64,000 nucleotides of DNA from Carcharhinus amblyrhynchos (taxonomy: Eukaryota): positions 53,878,001-53,942,000 of the forward strand of contig OZ336872.1 of NCBI GenBank assembly GCA_965287045.1, in the 5' to 3' direction. Positions 37,746-50,420 of this stretch are shown here, in pieces. The stretch's first letter is position 1. Each line of letters starts with the position of its first letter. The position numbers and the translations under genes are program-made. Below the pieces are notes generated by a model. It was not told the DNA's origin, did no database searches, and saw nothing but the letters and a program-made list of their open reading frames with translations.

Positions 37746-39099
37746 AATCTTTGATCTTCTGACTATAAAGTGCTGCTGGACTTTAAAGAAAATGAAACCA
37801 GTGATTTGCATTTCTTGATCTTGCTGAGCAGCAATCTTTTCCCACGGAGCACAATAAATCACTGCTCTTCCTCATCCTTTCAGCATGTTGGAAAGTGCTG
37901 CAGTTTGTATACAGTTCTTTAATTATATTTAATGCAATCGAAACCTCACTACCGGAAATTCAAACCCCAGTTCCTATTTCAGAGCATGGAAAATATCTGG
38001 GCCTGTGCGAAAGAGAGTTTCTGTCTCTCAACACAGAGTCCAAAACAATTTTAACATAAGCATTATTCTATCCTGGTATAACAAGAGATCTGGAAGCTTG
38101 CAGCTATGAAGGAAAAGCTTAGGCATTTAAATTGCAGTTCTGTGAAAACAATCGAGTAGGCTTCAGGGGAGCACAATATGAAGAGGATATGCATGCCTTA
38201 AATCTTGTACAGTAAACACAGTGAGGGAGCTGGAGGGGAAAAACAAATCAATAAATCCTTTTTGTCAATCAACTCTTTTCAACTAGAACATCAACCTTAG
38301 GGACAAGTGGGGGAAGTCAACCACTTGGGTGTGCTGTTACATCGTTTGTTAGCACTACCTGGCACACTTCGCTTTATCTTTCATCCTAAAGTGGACCTGC
38401 TTCAACACTGTACTGTAGAGCAAGGTTCTGTGTCTGGGGGGAAAATGTCACACTAGACTAAAGAAGTACACATTTTTAGCTTTTAAAATGTTAATGGTTC
38501 TATTTGACTGCAGAAAAAGGTAGGCAATTGCTTTGAATATTAACTGATTAAAAAATATATATTTCTTCGGGGCAGAGCAGAAATACCAATGCTGAATAAT
38601 TGCCTTCCCTGGAAAATTCAGATGAATGGCATTAATAGTGAAATGTGTTCTCCTTCTCTTTGATATAAACATACCATACAAAAGGATTGTAAAACAATAA
38701 TACGGGTTCTTTATTTGAAGATAAGACTACATACAGATAGTATTTACTGGGAAATTGTGGATAATACATCTGATCTTTATTCTCTGCTTGCAAACTGGCT
38801 ACTAATCATGGGACTCATATCTTGTGATTGACAGCAGTTTAAGTTACATATCCTTTAAAGTACACAACATCCTTTTTTCTAACTAAAGGTTTACTCTTGA
38901 AGAATCAAACTATTTACAGGACTTTGACACAGAACAATAAACTTACAAGTCCCCATAAAGTAATGATGGTTTGTTTATCTATCCAGATTTACGAATGATG
39001 ATTCTTGTTAGAACTCCTGTACATTTTCAAGATGTTGCTTAAGGTTGCTTGTTTGTTCTGAATTTTAGACTATGTCCTGTTTGCAATGGGGATTGCTTG

Positions 39100-40380
39100 C
39101 TGTTTATGGTTGTGGTACTGTTCTGATTTAGCATTTGCCTTCTTGTACGCCAGCATACAACATGCCATTTGGTGCTAAGAGCTTGGAGCTGGGCACGTGC
39201 AGACATTTTCTGCTGGATTTCAGGTGCTAACAGTTGGGTGTTGCACTGGAACATTTATTTCCTATATACCAGTCATGGGGATTTCTCTTCTTCCCGTTTT
39301 TCGAATAATACATTACGTATGTCTGGAATTGTTGTCAGGTGAGAACTGGGAAGATTTGTCTGTTGAACAGTGAAATTCCACATTAGTTCCGCAATATAGA
39401 GTTTGCAAGTTTGAAACAAGTTAACACATTCAATTTGTGTCATGGCTACTAATCTATGTTGCAGAGTTAGGTGATCTTCAACCATTGTATGCACAGGGTT
39501 TCCAATGGTGCTCCTGTGGTCTCTGGCCCTCTTCATTCTCTTGGTGATACTATGGATAATGACCAAGGCAGGTCCGTCCATATGGGTAGGCAATCCAGAT
39601 CACTGAAAATGTGGTGCCCACAATGTAAAACATCTAGCGTGAGCAGCATTGAGCTTTTGTAGAGACACTGGAGTATGCCAAGGATGGAATCTCTGAATAA
39701 TTGCACACAGTTGTTGGGATTGTACGGCCTTGCTCAGGCAAGACAGGAAATTCCTGCTCTAGGCCAACAGAGATTTCTGTTGTCAGACCCTCGCCTGCAT
39801 CAATTCCGTGGGGGGCAAGGTGGGAGAGTTCAGGCCAGCGAGTTTGGCGATAGTTGGTTGAATCATTGCTTGCTATTTCCATGAGTATACACATTGCAGT
39901 GGGGGAAGTGGAAGGATGTCTGCATCCACTGCAGTGTCAAGTTCTGCTTATACATTGTGCTGGCCCTTCATCTGTGGGCGTATCATCGGAACAGTGGCAA
40001 AGGCTCCAATTGGTGTGCCAATGCATTCTTTGGTGTTTATCCTTCTGAATGTCTACTCACTTTGTGTGTTGATGGTCTATTCATCTTCATCATCTGACTG
40101 TATAGCTTGGGTAGGCATTTTGTGGACCTTGTCTTCGCACTGTTTGACTAGTTAGAATGCTGTACCTGTCTGGCTTTTTGGTTGCAAGTTCTCATGGTGT
40201 TGAGCCACTTGTTCTGGCCTTTGCATCGGCACCTCCAATGTCCTCTTATGCCATATATCTTGCATACAGCATTAAAAGGTGGATATTTTCTCATGCATGT
40301 ACGAAGTTGCACCACTTGCCTTGCTTACTAATCTTCCCTGTACTGGCTATCATTCTAATGGTGGAGGAATAAATTTCAGT
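39100..40380 (-). mobile_element. Decayed Ty3/Gypsy LTR-retrotransposon internal fragment (gag zinc knuckle and aspartic protease)
   Basis: Minus-strand traces include G.RGHWRCRC (knuckle-like), AELDTAVDADILPL (DTG protease-like) and DGPALV. Confidence 0.5.
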
Positions 40381-40478
40381 TATCAAATTCAAACCTGTAG
40401 ATATTGTATACCCACTAGTATGGCTTCATACCTTGTAGTTGTACTTCTACAATGTAACTCTGGGTTAGTCCAATATAT

Positions 40479-40788
40479 GGGTGGTATAGTGGTTAGCTCT
40501 ACTGCCTCATGCCAGGGATCTGGGTTCATTCTGGCCTCAGGTCACTGTCTGTGTGGAGTTTGCACATTCTCCCTTTGTTGTCTCCAGATGCTCTGGATTC
40601 CTCCCACAGTCACAAAGATGTGTGGGTTAGGTGTATTGGCCATGCTAAATCACCCCTTAGTGTCAGGGGGATTAGCAGGGTAAATACATGTGGTTATAGG
40701 GCTAAGGCTTGGGTGGGACTGTTGTCAGTGCAGGGTTGATGGACCAAATGGCCTCTTTCTGTGCTGTAGGGATTCTATGATTTTATGA
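40479..40788 (+). mobile_element. HE1-like SINE
   Basis: Full head, core and tail. Confidence 0.9.
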
Positions 40789-42017
40789 CATCTTTTTGGA
40801 ATCCTTTTACTGGGGTAAATGCTATCATGAGCTTGATTATTTGATCAACTCGTTCTGCTGCTATAGAATCACACTACTTGACACTGCATCTACTTATGAA
40901 CTGATAAAAGGTCCCTGTCAGTAGTTGCCTGAAAGACATGAATTCCAGATGGTGTATCCTGGATAGACCTGGCACGTTCAGTCTCTGAATGCCTTCATTA
41001 TTGAGGGCACATTTAATTTGAATAGTTTGTTTGTCAGGTTCAGAATCATTGAGATCCTGAAAACATAACTTGATGCAATGTTGAAACAAACTAAATTCAG
41101 ATAAGAGATCTGTTGCCTTCCAACTGAATGTTGGAAATTTTGTGGTCATCTTTTGCAGGATTTTTAATGTTTTCTGGAGCTTTTGACAGCTATGCAAGTT
41201 ATTTTTTCTAGCTCCTCTTTAGTGGCCAAGGGCCTTCACTGGTCATCTGTTACTATTCAACTACAATGGCAGTGCTGTTGAGCTCTTTCTGAATGTTCCT
41301 GGGTTGACTCTATGTTCCACCTAAAAAGTAGTAATTTGGGCAGGAAAATGGCTGCAGGACTTCAGAAAATGAAAACAGTGAAAAGGGATTTTTTTTTTCA
41401 CAAGTTTAATTTCACTGATAGGAACTGCTACTAGATGTTTATTTTTCTTAGCTCAATTTGCAGTACTTGACTTCAGCAGTAATCACTTCTACTTAAAGTG
41501 AGACTACCTGGATCCTGCTATTTAATTTAATTTCTGTTCCTGCTTAAACTTTACAGCAAGTAGACTTTAACTATTCAAGCTCTCCCAGATTTAAGCGATC
41601 TCACCAAGACTTGGAGCCTGTTATGTGAAGCGAGGAATGATTCCAGAACCAAAGCACAGTCTAATATGTGTAGAATTCCTATAGAGCTGAAGAATTACTT
41701 ACACATACCTGTTTTACATTCATACCAGTTCTTTTGTTCTGCTGCGTGTGAACTGTTGAATCTTTAATCTACCCAGTCAAACCCAAAACCATGCTGCCAT
41801 CATGTTAGATTCTTCTTCTCTTTGACATAAATGTACCAATCACACATGGAGATTGGTGAAATTACATTGTGGCTTTTTCATCTGAAGATAAACTAAACAT
41901 AGATAGTATTCGCTGAGGGACTTTTGAATATATCTGGGATTTATCACTACTGCTCACAGACTGACAAGTCATTGGACAAATCCATCATACTTGTGTCAGC
42001 AATAATCATGACTGGCA

Positions 42018-43035
42018 GCATAGAATTATAGAATCACACAGTGCAGAAGAGGCCCTTTGCCCCATTGAGTCTGTACCAACACACAAGAAACAACTGACCT
42101 CCCCACCTAATCCCATTTACCAGCACTTGGGCCATAGCCTTGAAAGGTATGACTTGCCAAATGCTCATCTAGGTTTTTCTGTTTTTATTCCAACTCAATC
42201 CAATCAAATCCAATTCAGAGTCTCAGCAAGTTGAGACATTCCCGATCCAAGCTGAGAAGACAGGGCTCTCGCCTCCTGTCTGGGGCTTGATCTACTTGAT
42301 CCAAGCTGATTGGAGTAGGCATAGCTCCTTCTCCAAGGCTTGATCTCTTTTGCATTTTAGCCAAAAGGCCGAGATGCTGCTTTTAAAAATTGCTTCAAGT
42401 GAAGCTGAAATGTCACCTAACGACTTCAACCAAGCACAGCATGTCAATTGATCTTAGCCAAAAGGTCGAGCCATCTAGGTGCTTTTTAAAGGCCACTACT
42501 ACCCTTTCAGGCAGCGTTAAAAAGGTTTTTCCTCACATCCCCCCTAAACCTCCTGCCCCTCACCTTGAACTTATGTCCCCTCATGACTGACCCTTCAACT
42601 AAGGGGAACAGCTGCTCCTTATCCACTCTATGTTCCTCATAATCTTGTACATCTTTATTGGGTTGCCCCTGGGTCTTCTCTATTCTATGAAAACAACTCA
42701 AGCCCACCCAACCTCTCTTCACAATTTAAAAGTCACATCCCAGGCAGCGTCCTGGTGAATCTCCTCTGCACCCCTTGCAGTTAAATTGCATCATTCCTAT
42801 AATGTGGCGAACAGAACTGCACACAATATTCCAGCTGTGGCCTCACCAAAGTTCTATACAACTCCAACATGACTTCCCTGCTTTTGCAATCTCTGCCTCA
42901 ATTGATAAAGACAAGAGTGAAAGATGCCTTTCACCACTCTACTAACAAGCCCTTCCGTTTTCAGAGATGTGTGGACAGAGTCATCAAGGTGCCTTTGTTC
43001 CACAGAACATCCTGGTGTCAAGCCATTCACTGAAC
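42018..43035 (-). mobile_element. CR1/HER1-type LINE 3' end, interrupted by a U2-headed element
   Basis: The tail catagaattatagaatc.cacagtgcagaagaggcc is shared with HE1 tails. The ORF fragment is RVDKEQLFPLVEGSVMRGHKFKVRGRRFRGDVRKN. Confidence 0.88.
42175..42471 (-). mobile_element. Short retroposon with U2 snRNA-derived head (SINEU-like), A-rich tail and 9-bp TSD
   Basis: The minus strand starts CTCGACCTTTTGGCTAAGATCAA (22/23 to U2 nt 8-30). A second U2 5' segment, GCATCTCGGCCTTTTGGCTAA, lies at ~42377-42357. The tail is GAATAAAAACAGAAAA, and CATCTAGGT is duplicated at 42166-42174 and 42472-42480. Confidence 0.8.
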
Positions 43036-43389
43036 ATTTAAGGTACACCCCTTTAAAGGTCCGTTCACGTCCTATCACAAAAGGAGCCAAACCACACAAA
43101 GCAAGAGTCACATCGCATGTCTTCATTTGATAAATTAGACTATTCAAATCGGAGGTTTTACAAGAACAAGTAATTAATCTTACAATAAGATAAAATTACC
43201 GTAGAGCAATTTCATTTTAGGGCAACAGTGATGGGCACTAGTCAAAATAATCAAAGAAATCTTCCTGCAATTTCATAGAGCTTCGTTGAGATGCCACTTA
43301 AAATAGTGTGTGCAATGTTAGTCTCCATATACTTGCATTGAAGGCAGTACAGCCAGGGTTCACTATATTGATGCCTGGAATGAGGGTTT

Positions 43390-43692
43390 TTTTTATTCAA
43401 ATCAGGGGATGTGGGCCCCGCAGGCTGGGCCTGCATTAATTGCCCATCTGTAATTGCCCTTGAATTGAGAGGCTTGCTGAGCCATTTCAGAGGGCATTAA
43501 AGAGTCAACCATATTGCTGTGGCTTTGTAGTCACATGTAGGCCAGACCAGGTAAGGATGGCAGATTTCCTTCCCTAAAGGACATAAGTGATCCAGAACCA
43601 GGGTTTCTTTTTTTTAAAATGACAATCAACACTGGTTTCAATTCCAGATTTTTATTGAATTAAAATTTCAACATCTGCCATGATGGGATTCA
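43390..43692 (-). mobile_element. tRNA-headed bipartite SINE (LINE 5'UTR joined to LINE 3' tail), head truncated
   Basis: Aligns with 52755-53124. The tail matches 29560, 31140 and 63315, and the body matches 5430-5640. Confidence 0.75.
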
Positions 43693-43694
43693 TT

Positions 43695-44085
43695 GTCACA
43701 TGATGAGAAGCCGATAATATGGGGTTTATATTCTCTGGAGTTTAGGAGAATGTCAGGTGATTGCATTGAAGCATTCAAGATAATGATGGAACTTGATAGG
43801 GTAGATACTGAGGGGCTCTTTCCCTTGGCTGAAGAATTCAGAATAAGGAGGCACAGTTTCAAGATAAGGGGCAATCATTTAGGACCGAGATGAAGAGCGC
43901 CAGCGTATTGTGGATGCTCCATCATTGAATATATTTAAGGTTGGGTTTAACAGATTTTTGGTCTCTTAGGGAATCAAGGGATACGGGGAGTGGGTGGGAA
44001 AATGGAGCCCGAGATCAGCCATGATCACATACAAAGGCAGAGCAGGCTCGATGAGGATGGTCTCCTCCTGTGGCTATTTCTTACA
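43695..44085 (+). mobile_element. CR1-type LINE 3' end
   Basis: GLYSLEFRRMSGDCIEAFKIM.ELDRVD.E.LFPL...RRHSFKIRG. Confidence 0.85.
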
Positions 44086-45479
44086 GACTTATTTTCTAAC
44101 GGAACAGTGGAAGTTAGTGACCGACTGCTTTTTAATTGCCAAGCTACCTGGTTTCCACTAGGTGAGAACAATAAAAATCAGAGCTCCAGAATTTGCATTT
44201 GAGAAACTGTCTGTTTAAAAGAACAGATTAATTGGATTTGGGGTTTCCTGTTCATTGGTTTCATCAAAGCAAATTGAAGGTCCATCAAGCAAACAAATGC
44301 CCAAGGTTATTCCAATGTAATGTGGAAATATTAAAGGACTGGAATATGGATGAGTGTGGTACATTAGAACTACCCCAGTATTGTCCCTCCCCATGTGCAC
44401 ATGCACAAACACAAACACACATATACAGTTTAATGAAAAAATAAACCAGTAAAAATATCCCCAACTTTTTAAAAAATACATAGTTCTTCTGAATGAGTAT
44501 GTCTTCTATAGACCAGGAGATACAAGAATGCTCACTCATGTCTGATAAGGAAGTTTTGGCCACTTTTGCACTCGCCAGCACCTTCCTGGTTGTAGTCAAA
44601 CTGCATATGTACGAACATACCAATGAGAAGCAGGAGTAGGCCACTCCACCATTCAATAGATTATGGCTGATCTAATTGTAAAGCCTACCCCCCATAACCT
44701 TTCACTCCCTTGTGGATCAAGAATCTATTTCTGTCTCAACCTTCCCTTGCAGTCATTATGGCTGGTCTGCAGGCTGGAGCCCAGATATTTGAGATTATCA
44801 ATGATTGCTAAACCATTCACAGCTTTAGAGTGCACTGGCAATTATGTGGCTGTAATATAGTTTGCAGTGCTCTGCAGAGCTTTGCTTATGCAGTGTTCTC
44901 CTAACATCGTTAAGCTTTATATTGCTTGCCTGGCCTCACGTAGCAAACGAGGCAAGTGGCTTGGCATCAGTGATACCACTGGAGCCATTTCGAAGCAGAG
45001 AGAGATGATGTTTGATGTTCAAACAAACATTGTCTATTTATAAAACAGCAAGGAATACTAATTGAAAACCTCTTCAAATACACAGTCAGACTGAGATGCC
45101 AGGATTTCCTTTCCAGGAGGGATGGACTTTCCACCTGCTCCTCTGGATATGCTCCAAACCCAAGTCGGTTTTCCTGCCTGGGCATTCGACTGTGTACACA
45201 GTGGGCTTCCTGGCTAGAGTCCTGCTGGCAAAGCAGAATCTACCAGTTCAAGTGCATAAACCCCTGGCAGTGCTGCAGCAGGGATGTTGCCACAGCATGA
45301 GAAGATGTGACATAGAACCTTAAAGGAAGGAAAAGTATGTCAAAGATAGAGGAGTTTCTCTCACTTAAGGCCTCAGCTTAAGTAGGTAAGCATTTTGAGA
45401 CAACTGGAGGGAGGGAAAGTTGCTCCAAGGCCCTCTCCCCCCAGGAAGGGTGATATTTTTTGCTAATCACTACTTTCCA

Positions 45480-45723
45480 TGGCAGTGGTTAGCACTGCTG
45501 CCTCACAGCGTCAGGGACCCAGGTTCAATTCAGGCCTTGGGTGACTGTGTGGAGTTTGCACACTCCAAAGATGTGCAGGTTAGGTTGATTGGCCATGCTA
45601 AAATTACCCCTTAGAGTCTGGGTAAATTAGCAGGGTAAATACATGGGGTTACAGGAATAGGCCCTGGGTGGAGACTCAATGGGCCAAATGGGTTCTTTCT
45701 GCACTGTCAGGATTCTGTGATTC
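45480..45723 (+). mobile_element. HE1-like SINE with an internal deletion
   Basis: Head and tail are intact. The V-core is shortened (gtttgcaca|ctccaaag). Confidence 0.85.
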
Positions 45724-46567
45724 CGGGGATCTAATGTCACGGCTAACTTGGAGGAGCCAGGAATTGACAGTTAGTGGGGTAGGCAGAAAGTAATTTTTAT
45801 GGACACCCAGCTCTTACACCTCCAGCCTTGCACGCTCGCCACTCCCTGTGGCCAACATTAGTACGGGGCAGAAGGAGAAGGAGTAACCAGCAGTGATGAG
45901 GAAATTCCATTTGGGATGGTGAGTTAGCAGTCAGCTAAACATTTTCCTCATTCTGCAAGATGTTCCTGCCTGATTTCAAATGGCATAGCTAGGAAAATTC
46001 CCCCCCCGCCTCCATTACGTACCATATCTTATACTATCAACAAGGAGAGATATGCTGAAATCTCAACGACATTCATCCACTATTTTCCCTTAGAGTTTAA
46101 TCATTCAGTCTAACCATGAATATTAGGGCAGATGGTGGGGAAGAATTAGGAGGATGAGAAATTACCCAATCTTAGTAGGTCTTAGTAAAGAGGGAACTGC
46201 TCATGATGTCTAGGACCTCTTAACCATAATTCACTGGCGGGAGTAGAATTGTATAGAACCCCCTCGGGTGGTATGACTCACGTTGAATACATAGTGAGTA
46301 TCTCACATCTATCACTATTGTATGGAAGCACCTCAAAATTAAAACCTGAATACTGCAACTTTGTATGAAGGCCATTTTGAGATGTTTGTCATGTTCTTCC
46401 AGATATTTTACAAATAAAGTATAGTGTTGGCATAAAGAGACTGCTCATGGAGGTTTCAATGCCCTGATCAATAAGAACAGAACAAGACTAACGAGGCTCC
46501 TGAAAACAAAAACAGTGAAAATTGTTTAGTGCAATTCAGGAGAAAACAACTGATGTGCTCCAGTTAA

Positions 46568-46657
46568 TTTTTAAAAATTCATTCAAATGAAGCTAAATTG
46601 TCACCTAATGACTTCAACAAAGCACAGCATGTCGATACCACACTTGATCTTAGCCAA
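46568..46657 (-). mobile_element. Second, shorter copy of the U2-headed element
   Basis: The minus strand reads TTGGCTAAGATCAAGTGTGGTATC (23/24 to U2 nt 17-40), fused to gacatgctgtgctttgttgaagtc.ttaggtgaca...aatttttaaaa, as in 42380-42446. Confidence 0.75.
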
Positions 46658-47194
46658 TGCAAAAGAAGTGTGAATACTGACAGATTAGTGATGTAAAAAA
46701 TTATGTTGCAAACCAGGAGATACCCATCAATTCACAGTAAGTATAATATTGGGGCTAACGAAATGAATTTTATGGAAACAGTAAAAGTTATGACTGACAG
46801 AAAAGGTTGACATAGAATTAGTTATTTATGCTGCAGTTGCCAAATGGGTGTGAAAATCTTATAGCTTTAGCTTAACTGAAAGTATAAAATAAGGTACTTT
46901 ATGTTAATGAGAAGAAATTCAATGTTGTAATGAAGGAGAACACAAAAAAAATTGAAGAGCTGTACAATTTTAGAACAGCATGCTCTGAGCATGAATGGAA
47001 TAATGGAGCAGATTAAGAATGAAGCAACACTGAGAAAAATCTAACAAGGGGAACAAAACATTTTTAAGGGCATTGTGGAGATTTGAAATGGAAAAATATT
47101 CCCATAACAAAAATAAAACGAATGACAACTGTAACTGCCAAACAAGGTCAATTCTGATCTTGACAGGAACAGAAATTCTTTTGTTAATAAAAAC

Positions 47195-47625
47195 CAAGGC
47201 TGATACTCTAGCATAGCATGGCGGGAGTACTGCACTTTCAGAGATGCCCTGTTACAACTGAGAGCTTTAACTGAGACCCCATCTGTCTGCTCAGTTGAAT
47301 GTAAAAGATCTCAATGCAGTACATCAAAGAGAAGCAGGGGAGTTATCCCTGGTGTCCTGGCCAATATTTCTCTCTTTAATCAACATCACAATTTCCACAA
47401 ATAGCAATGAGCTGGTTATTTCTTAATTAACGAAGGAAAAAAAGACAGATTATCTGGCCATAAACATTGCTGATATTGAATCTTGCCGTGTGTAACTTGG
47501 CCACTGAGTTTCCTATATTACAGCCGTCACTACACGTCAAAACTAGTTCACTGGTTCCAAAGGACTTTGAAAAGTCTAGTGATTATGACAAACGCCATAT
47601 TATTGTAAATCACTTGGCTTTCTTT
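47195..47625 (+). mobile_element. SacSINE1/Deu-SINE-like element
   Basis: gggagtactgcact.tcagagatgcc...gtaaaagatctc...ctggtgtcctggccaatatt...aaaacagattatctgg...tttcctatattaca. Confidence 0.8.
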
Positions 47626-48025
47626 TATAATATACAGTGACTAGCAGTCATCTCAAAGACAGCTGAAGATGGCCAAAGTAAGTACTAAAATGACAATGGG
47701 AAGTTCATGCAACAAAAGGGATGGAAGTAATTATTTGCAGGGGCATAAAAAGTAAATGACTGAAAATAGATCTCTTATATGGTTACTTGGGGAAAAAATT
47801 CAAGCCAGTGACTGTATTACATGAATTTTTACACAGTATTTTCATTATTGGAGAAGCCAGCAGCCTCTTTCACTCAGGGATATGAAGATCAGTAAGGTAT
47901 GCACTTCAAAAAAGTTTAAGGAATTATCTGCATCTCCATGGATACGTTACCTAATTATTTTTTAAAAAAGTATTGAATCCACATGTAAGGAAATGAAAGA
48001 GAGGGGTAGGATTTTCAAGTCTGCC

Positions 48026-48243
48026 TGGGCTGGATTTTCTCTTTTGTCATTGGTCACCAATAAGATCTTATTGCCCTGTCAGTGTTTACAGAGTGGCTCT
48101 CACCCATTTGGCCACTGGGGAACCTGCTGCGATAGGGGTGGGGGTGCATGGGAGTGGGGGGTAGTGGAGTGTCTGGAGAGGGAGCTGCTCTTGACTGAAC
48201 CAGAAAAACCTGCCTAGTGGAACGGGTCAGAAAATCCCACCTG
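48026..48243. mobile_element. ~215-bp MITE-like element
   Basis: Imperfect TIRs: gggctggattttct ... agaaaatcccacc. Confidence 0.55.
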
Positions 48244-49832
48244 CGGTCCAACAAACTGAAACAAGCTACATAACCAAGTGCATTCATTTGGATGAATCAT
48301 AGAGTTAACCAAGAGGAAAGGACAATCCTGTGTGGTACTACACTGTCTGGAAAAGTTATCAGAGAAAAATATAGTTTGCAGGGATGTGGCAGCAAAGAGA
48401 ATCAAGCTTGTAACAAGTGAATATAATTAAATAAATATGTATATTCCCAAATTATTAAATTGAAGTATTGACAAATAGGAATATTTCACTCAGTTGAAAG
48501 CTGGATCTATATCAAGAGCGATTAATAAATATAAAAATAATTGTGATTTGTACAGGACTCATTGTACAAAAATACAGACACTGCTTTTTTAAAAAATTAA
48601 ATCTAATTTGTTCTTTTAGGGATGGCAGACAGTTTCGCCAAAACTTTAGTTACCTGAATGCACAGATTTTCGATTAAGAGGATAATTTGCATAATATCAT
48701 TGGTCAGTGGTCATTATGGTAATATGTAATGTTTCTGGCTGAGTTTGATTAAACATAGCTTCCAACTCAGCAACTCTAGCCAAAATATTGCAGAGCTGAT
48801 AGCTTGACATCTGGTACTCTGCAAAAAAAGTACTGGCATTTATTACAGAGGAGACAACTGAGATTCACCTTGCACCAGTAAACATATAAAATAAAAGCCG
48901 ACACAGATTCATTAAAGGCACACATTAAGAAGCAAAAGGCACTGGTGTTCTTTGAGGATGCTCTTGAGTTTGTGGTTGAAGGTAATGCAGCTGATACATT
49001 ACATCTCAGTTTTGAGAAAGCAATTGCTCAGACCATTCACCGCTGTCTCAAAAACACAATGGAACTCTCGGCAATCAAAGAATGGATGACATTTGAATAG
49101 GAAGTAGGTGATAGTTGAAGAATTAGGAAGCAATAGTGTGACAGCCTGTTTTTGTTAATTCAGAGATATGTTAGTATTGAAGAAAAAGTGGCTTATCCAA
49201 CAATTCAAATAAGGCAGTTTAACAAACTGAGAACTTAGTGCTCAAAAACTTGAATCAAGAGATGACTGCAGCTTCAAACGGCTTGCAGGAATCAACAGTC
49301 TTCCAATGGGACCACTTCCTCTGAGGTTCATTAGAAGCCATCACCAGGCAAAACAAATATCTAAAGTTTAGGAAAATGGAATGTTTCAAAGTTCAAAGGA
49401 ATCCACAGGATCAATCTATTCTTCAGATGGATTGCAAATGACAGTAAAATAGGAAAAATGCTAAATAGTGTTAGAAAAAACAAACAGTACAGAAAATAAC
49501 AGCTATGAAAGGGGAAAATTAGCTTATAAAATATCAGATTGCAACATTACAGAAAATAAAAAATACAATGTCGGTATAAATGAATAAATTGCCTTTAAAT
49601 TATTTCTGGGAAGGTTATACTGCACCCAGTTTTGGATTAAAACAAAAGGAACGTCATGAATGTATATAGAATTTTATCAAGGATGTGAGATTATCCCAAA
49701 ATACTTTATATTTTCCAAGTTACTGCTTTAGAAGTATGGTCACATTCCAGTTTGAAAGGGAAGATGTGTTTTAAAAGGAGCAGGCGCTCAAAGCCATTCC
49801 AGAAGTAAACTGGACCAGGGAAAAAGACAGCA

Positions 49833-50015
49833 ATGATACAAAAGTGCAGAGATTGTGTTCCTGGGATTTCTGATGCAGCACTGGAGATTAAAAAGTGGAC
49901 AGGAGGAAAGAGAGAGACTGCAAAGGCAGTGGGAGCAAGTGGCAGTTAGGGGTGGGTGTTATCAGGGTCAGTGCTCAGCAGTGTAGTTCGAAGGACCTGA
50001 ATATAGTGCTACAAG
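49833..50015 (+). pseudogene. Decayed Myb/SANT-like DNA-binding gene of a Harbinger transposon (N-terminal exon)
   Basis: MIQKCRDCVPGISDAALEI..VDRR / LQRQWEQVAV...VSAQSVVRRT*I*CYK matches the R-F-S..E...W..VA..V.....RT..QC.KK pattern. Confidence 0.6.
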
Positions 50016-50020
50016 GTATT

Positions 50021-50068
50021 CGGGGTGGCACGTTGATACAGTGGTTAGCACTGCTGCCTCACAGTGCC
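50021..50068 (+). mobile_element. HE1 SINE head fragment
   Basis: gggtggcacg...cagtggttagcactgctgcctcacagtgcc. Confidence 0.75.
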
Positions 50069-50420
50069 ATTGCTGTGGTTCTGGAGTCACATATAGGGCA
50101 GACCAGGTGAGGACAGCAGATTTCCTCCCTTAAAGGAGATCAGTGAACCAGGTGGGTTGGTTTCACTGACATCATTAAGACTTTTAATTTCAGATATTTA
50201 TTGAATTAATCTCCATTTGTGATCAAAAGGGAAAATGGTGGAAAATCTCAGCAGATCTGGCAGCTCTGTAAAGAGAGCAAAGAGCTGACATTTTGAGTCC
50301 AGATGATCCTTTATCAAAGCTCCGTTTTGTCATGGTGGGATTCAAACCAAGGTCCCTGGAGCATTAGCCTGGCTCTCTGGAGTAATAGTCCAATGATGAT
50401 ACCACCATGCCATTGGGCCC
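50069..50420 (-). mobile_element. tRNA-headed SINE/LINE 5' portion (family of 52755-53124), interrupted by a Penelope-like fragment
   Basis: attgctgtgg.tctggagtcacat...ggtgggattcaaacc...ctctgga.taatagtcca.tgat.ataccacca. Confidence 0.75.
50224..50321 (-). mobile_element. Penelope-like terminal fragment (second family), hammerhead core decayed
   Basis: aaaatggtggaaaatctcagcagatctggcagc.tctgt..agagag..aagagctgacattttgagtccagatgatcctttatcaaagc. Flanked by the imperfect duplication ctccatttgt / ctccgttttgt. Confidence 0.55.

Noticed and set aside
42350-42471. Functional U2 snRNA gene
   Set aside because: Only the first ~30-40 nt match U2. The rest of U2 is absent, and the segment lies within a TSD-flanked insertion.
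44285-44656. 123-aa minus-strand ORF
   Set aside because: It starts inside a CR1 tail and runs through low-complexity (TG)n sequence. The candidate acceptor gives an immediate stop in the GRM7 frame.
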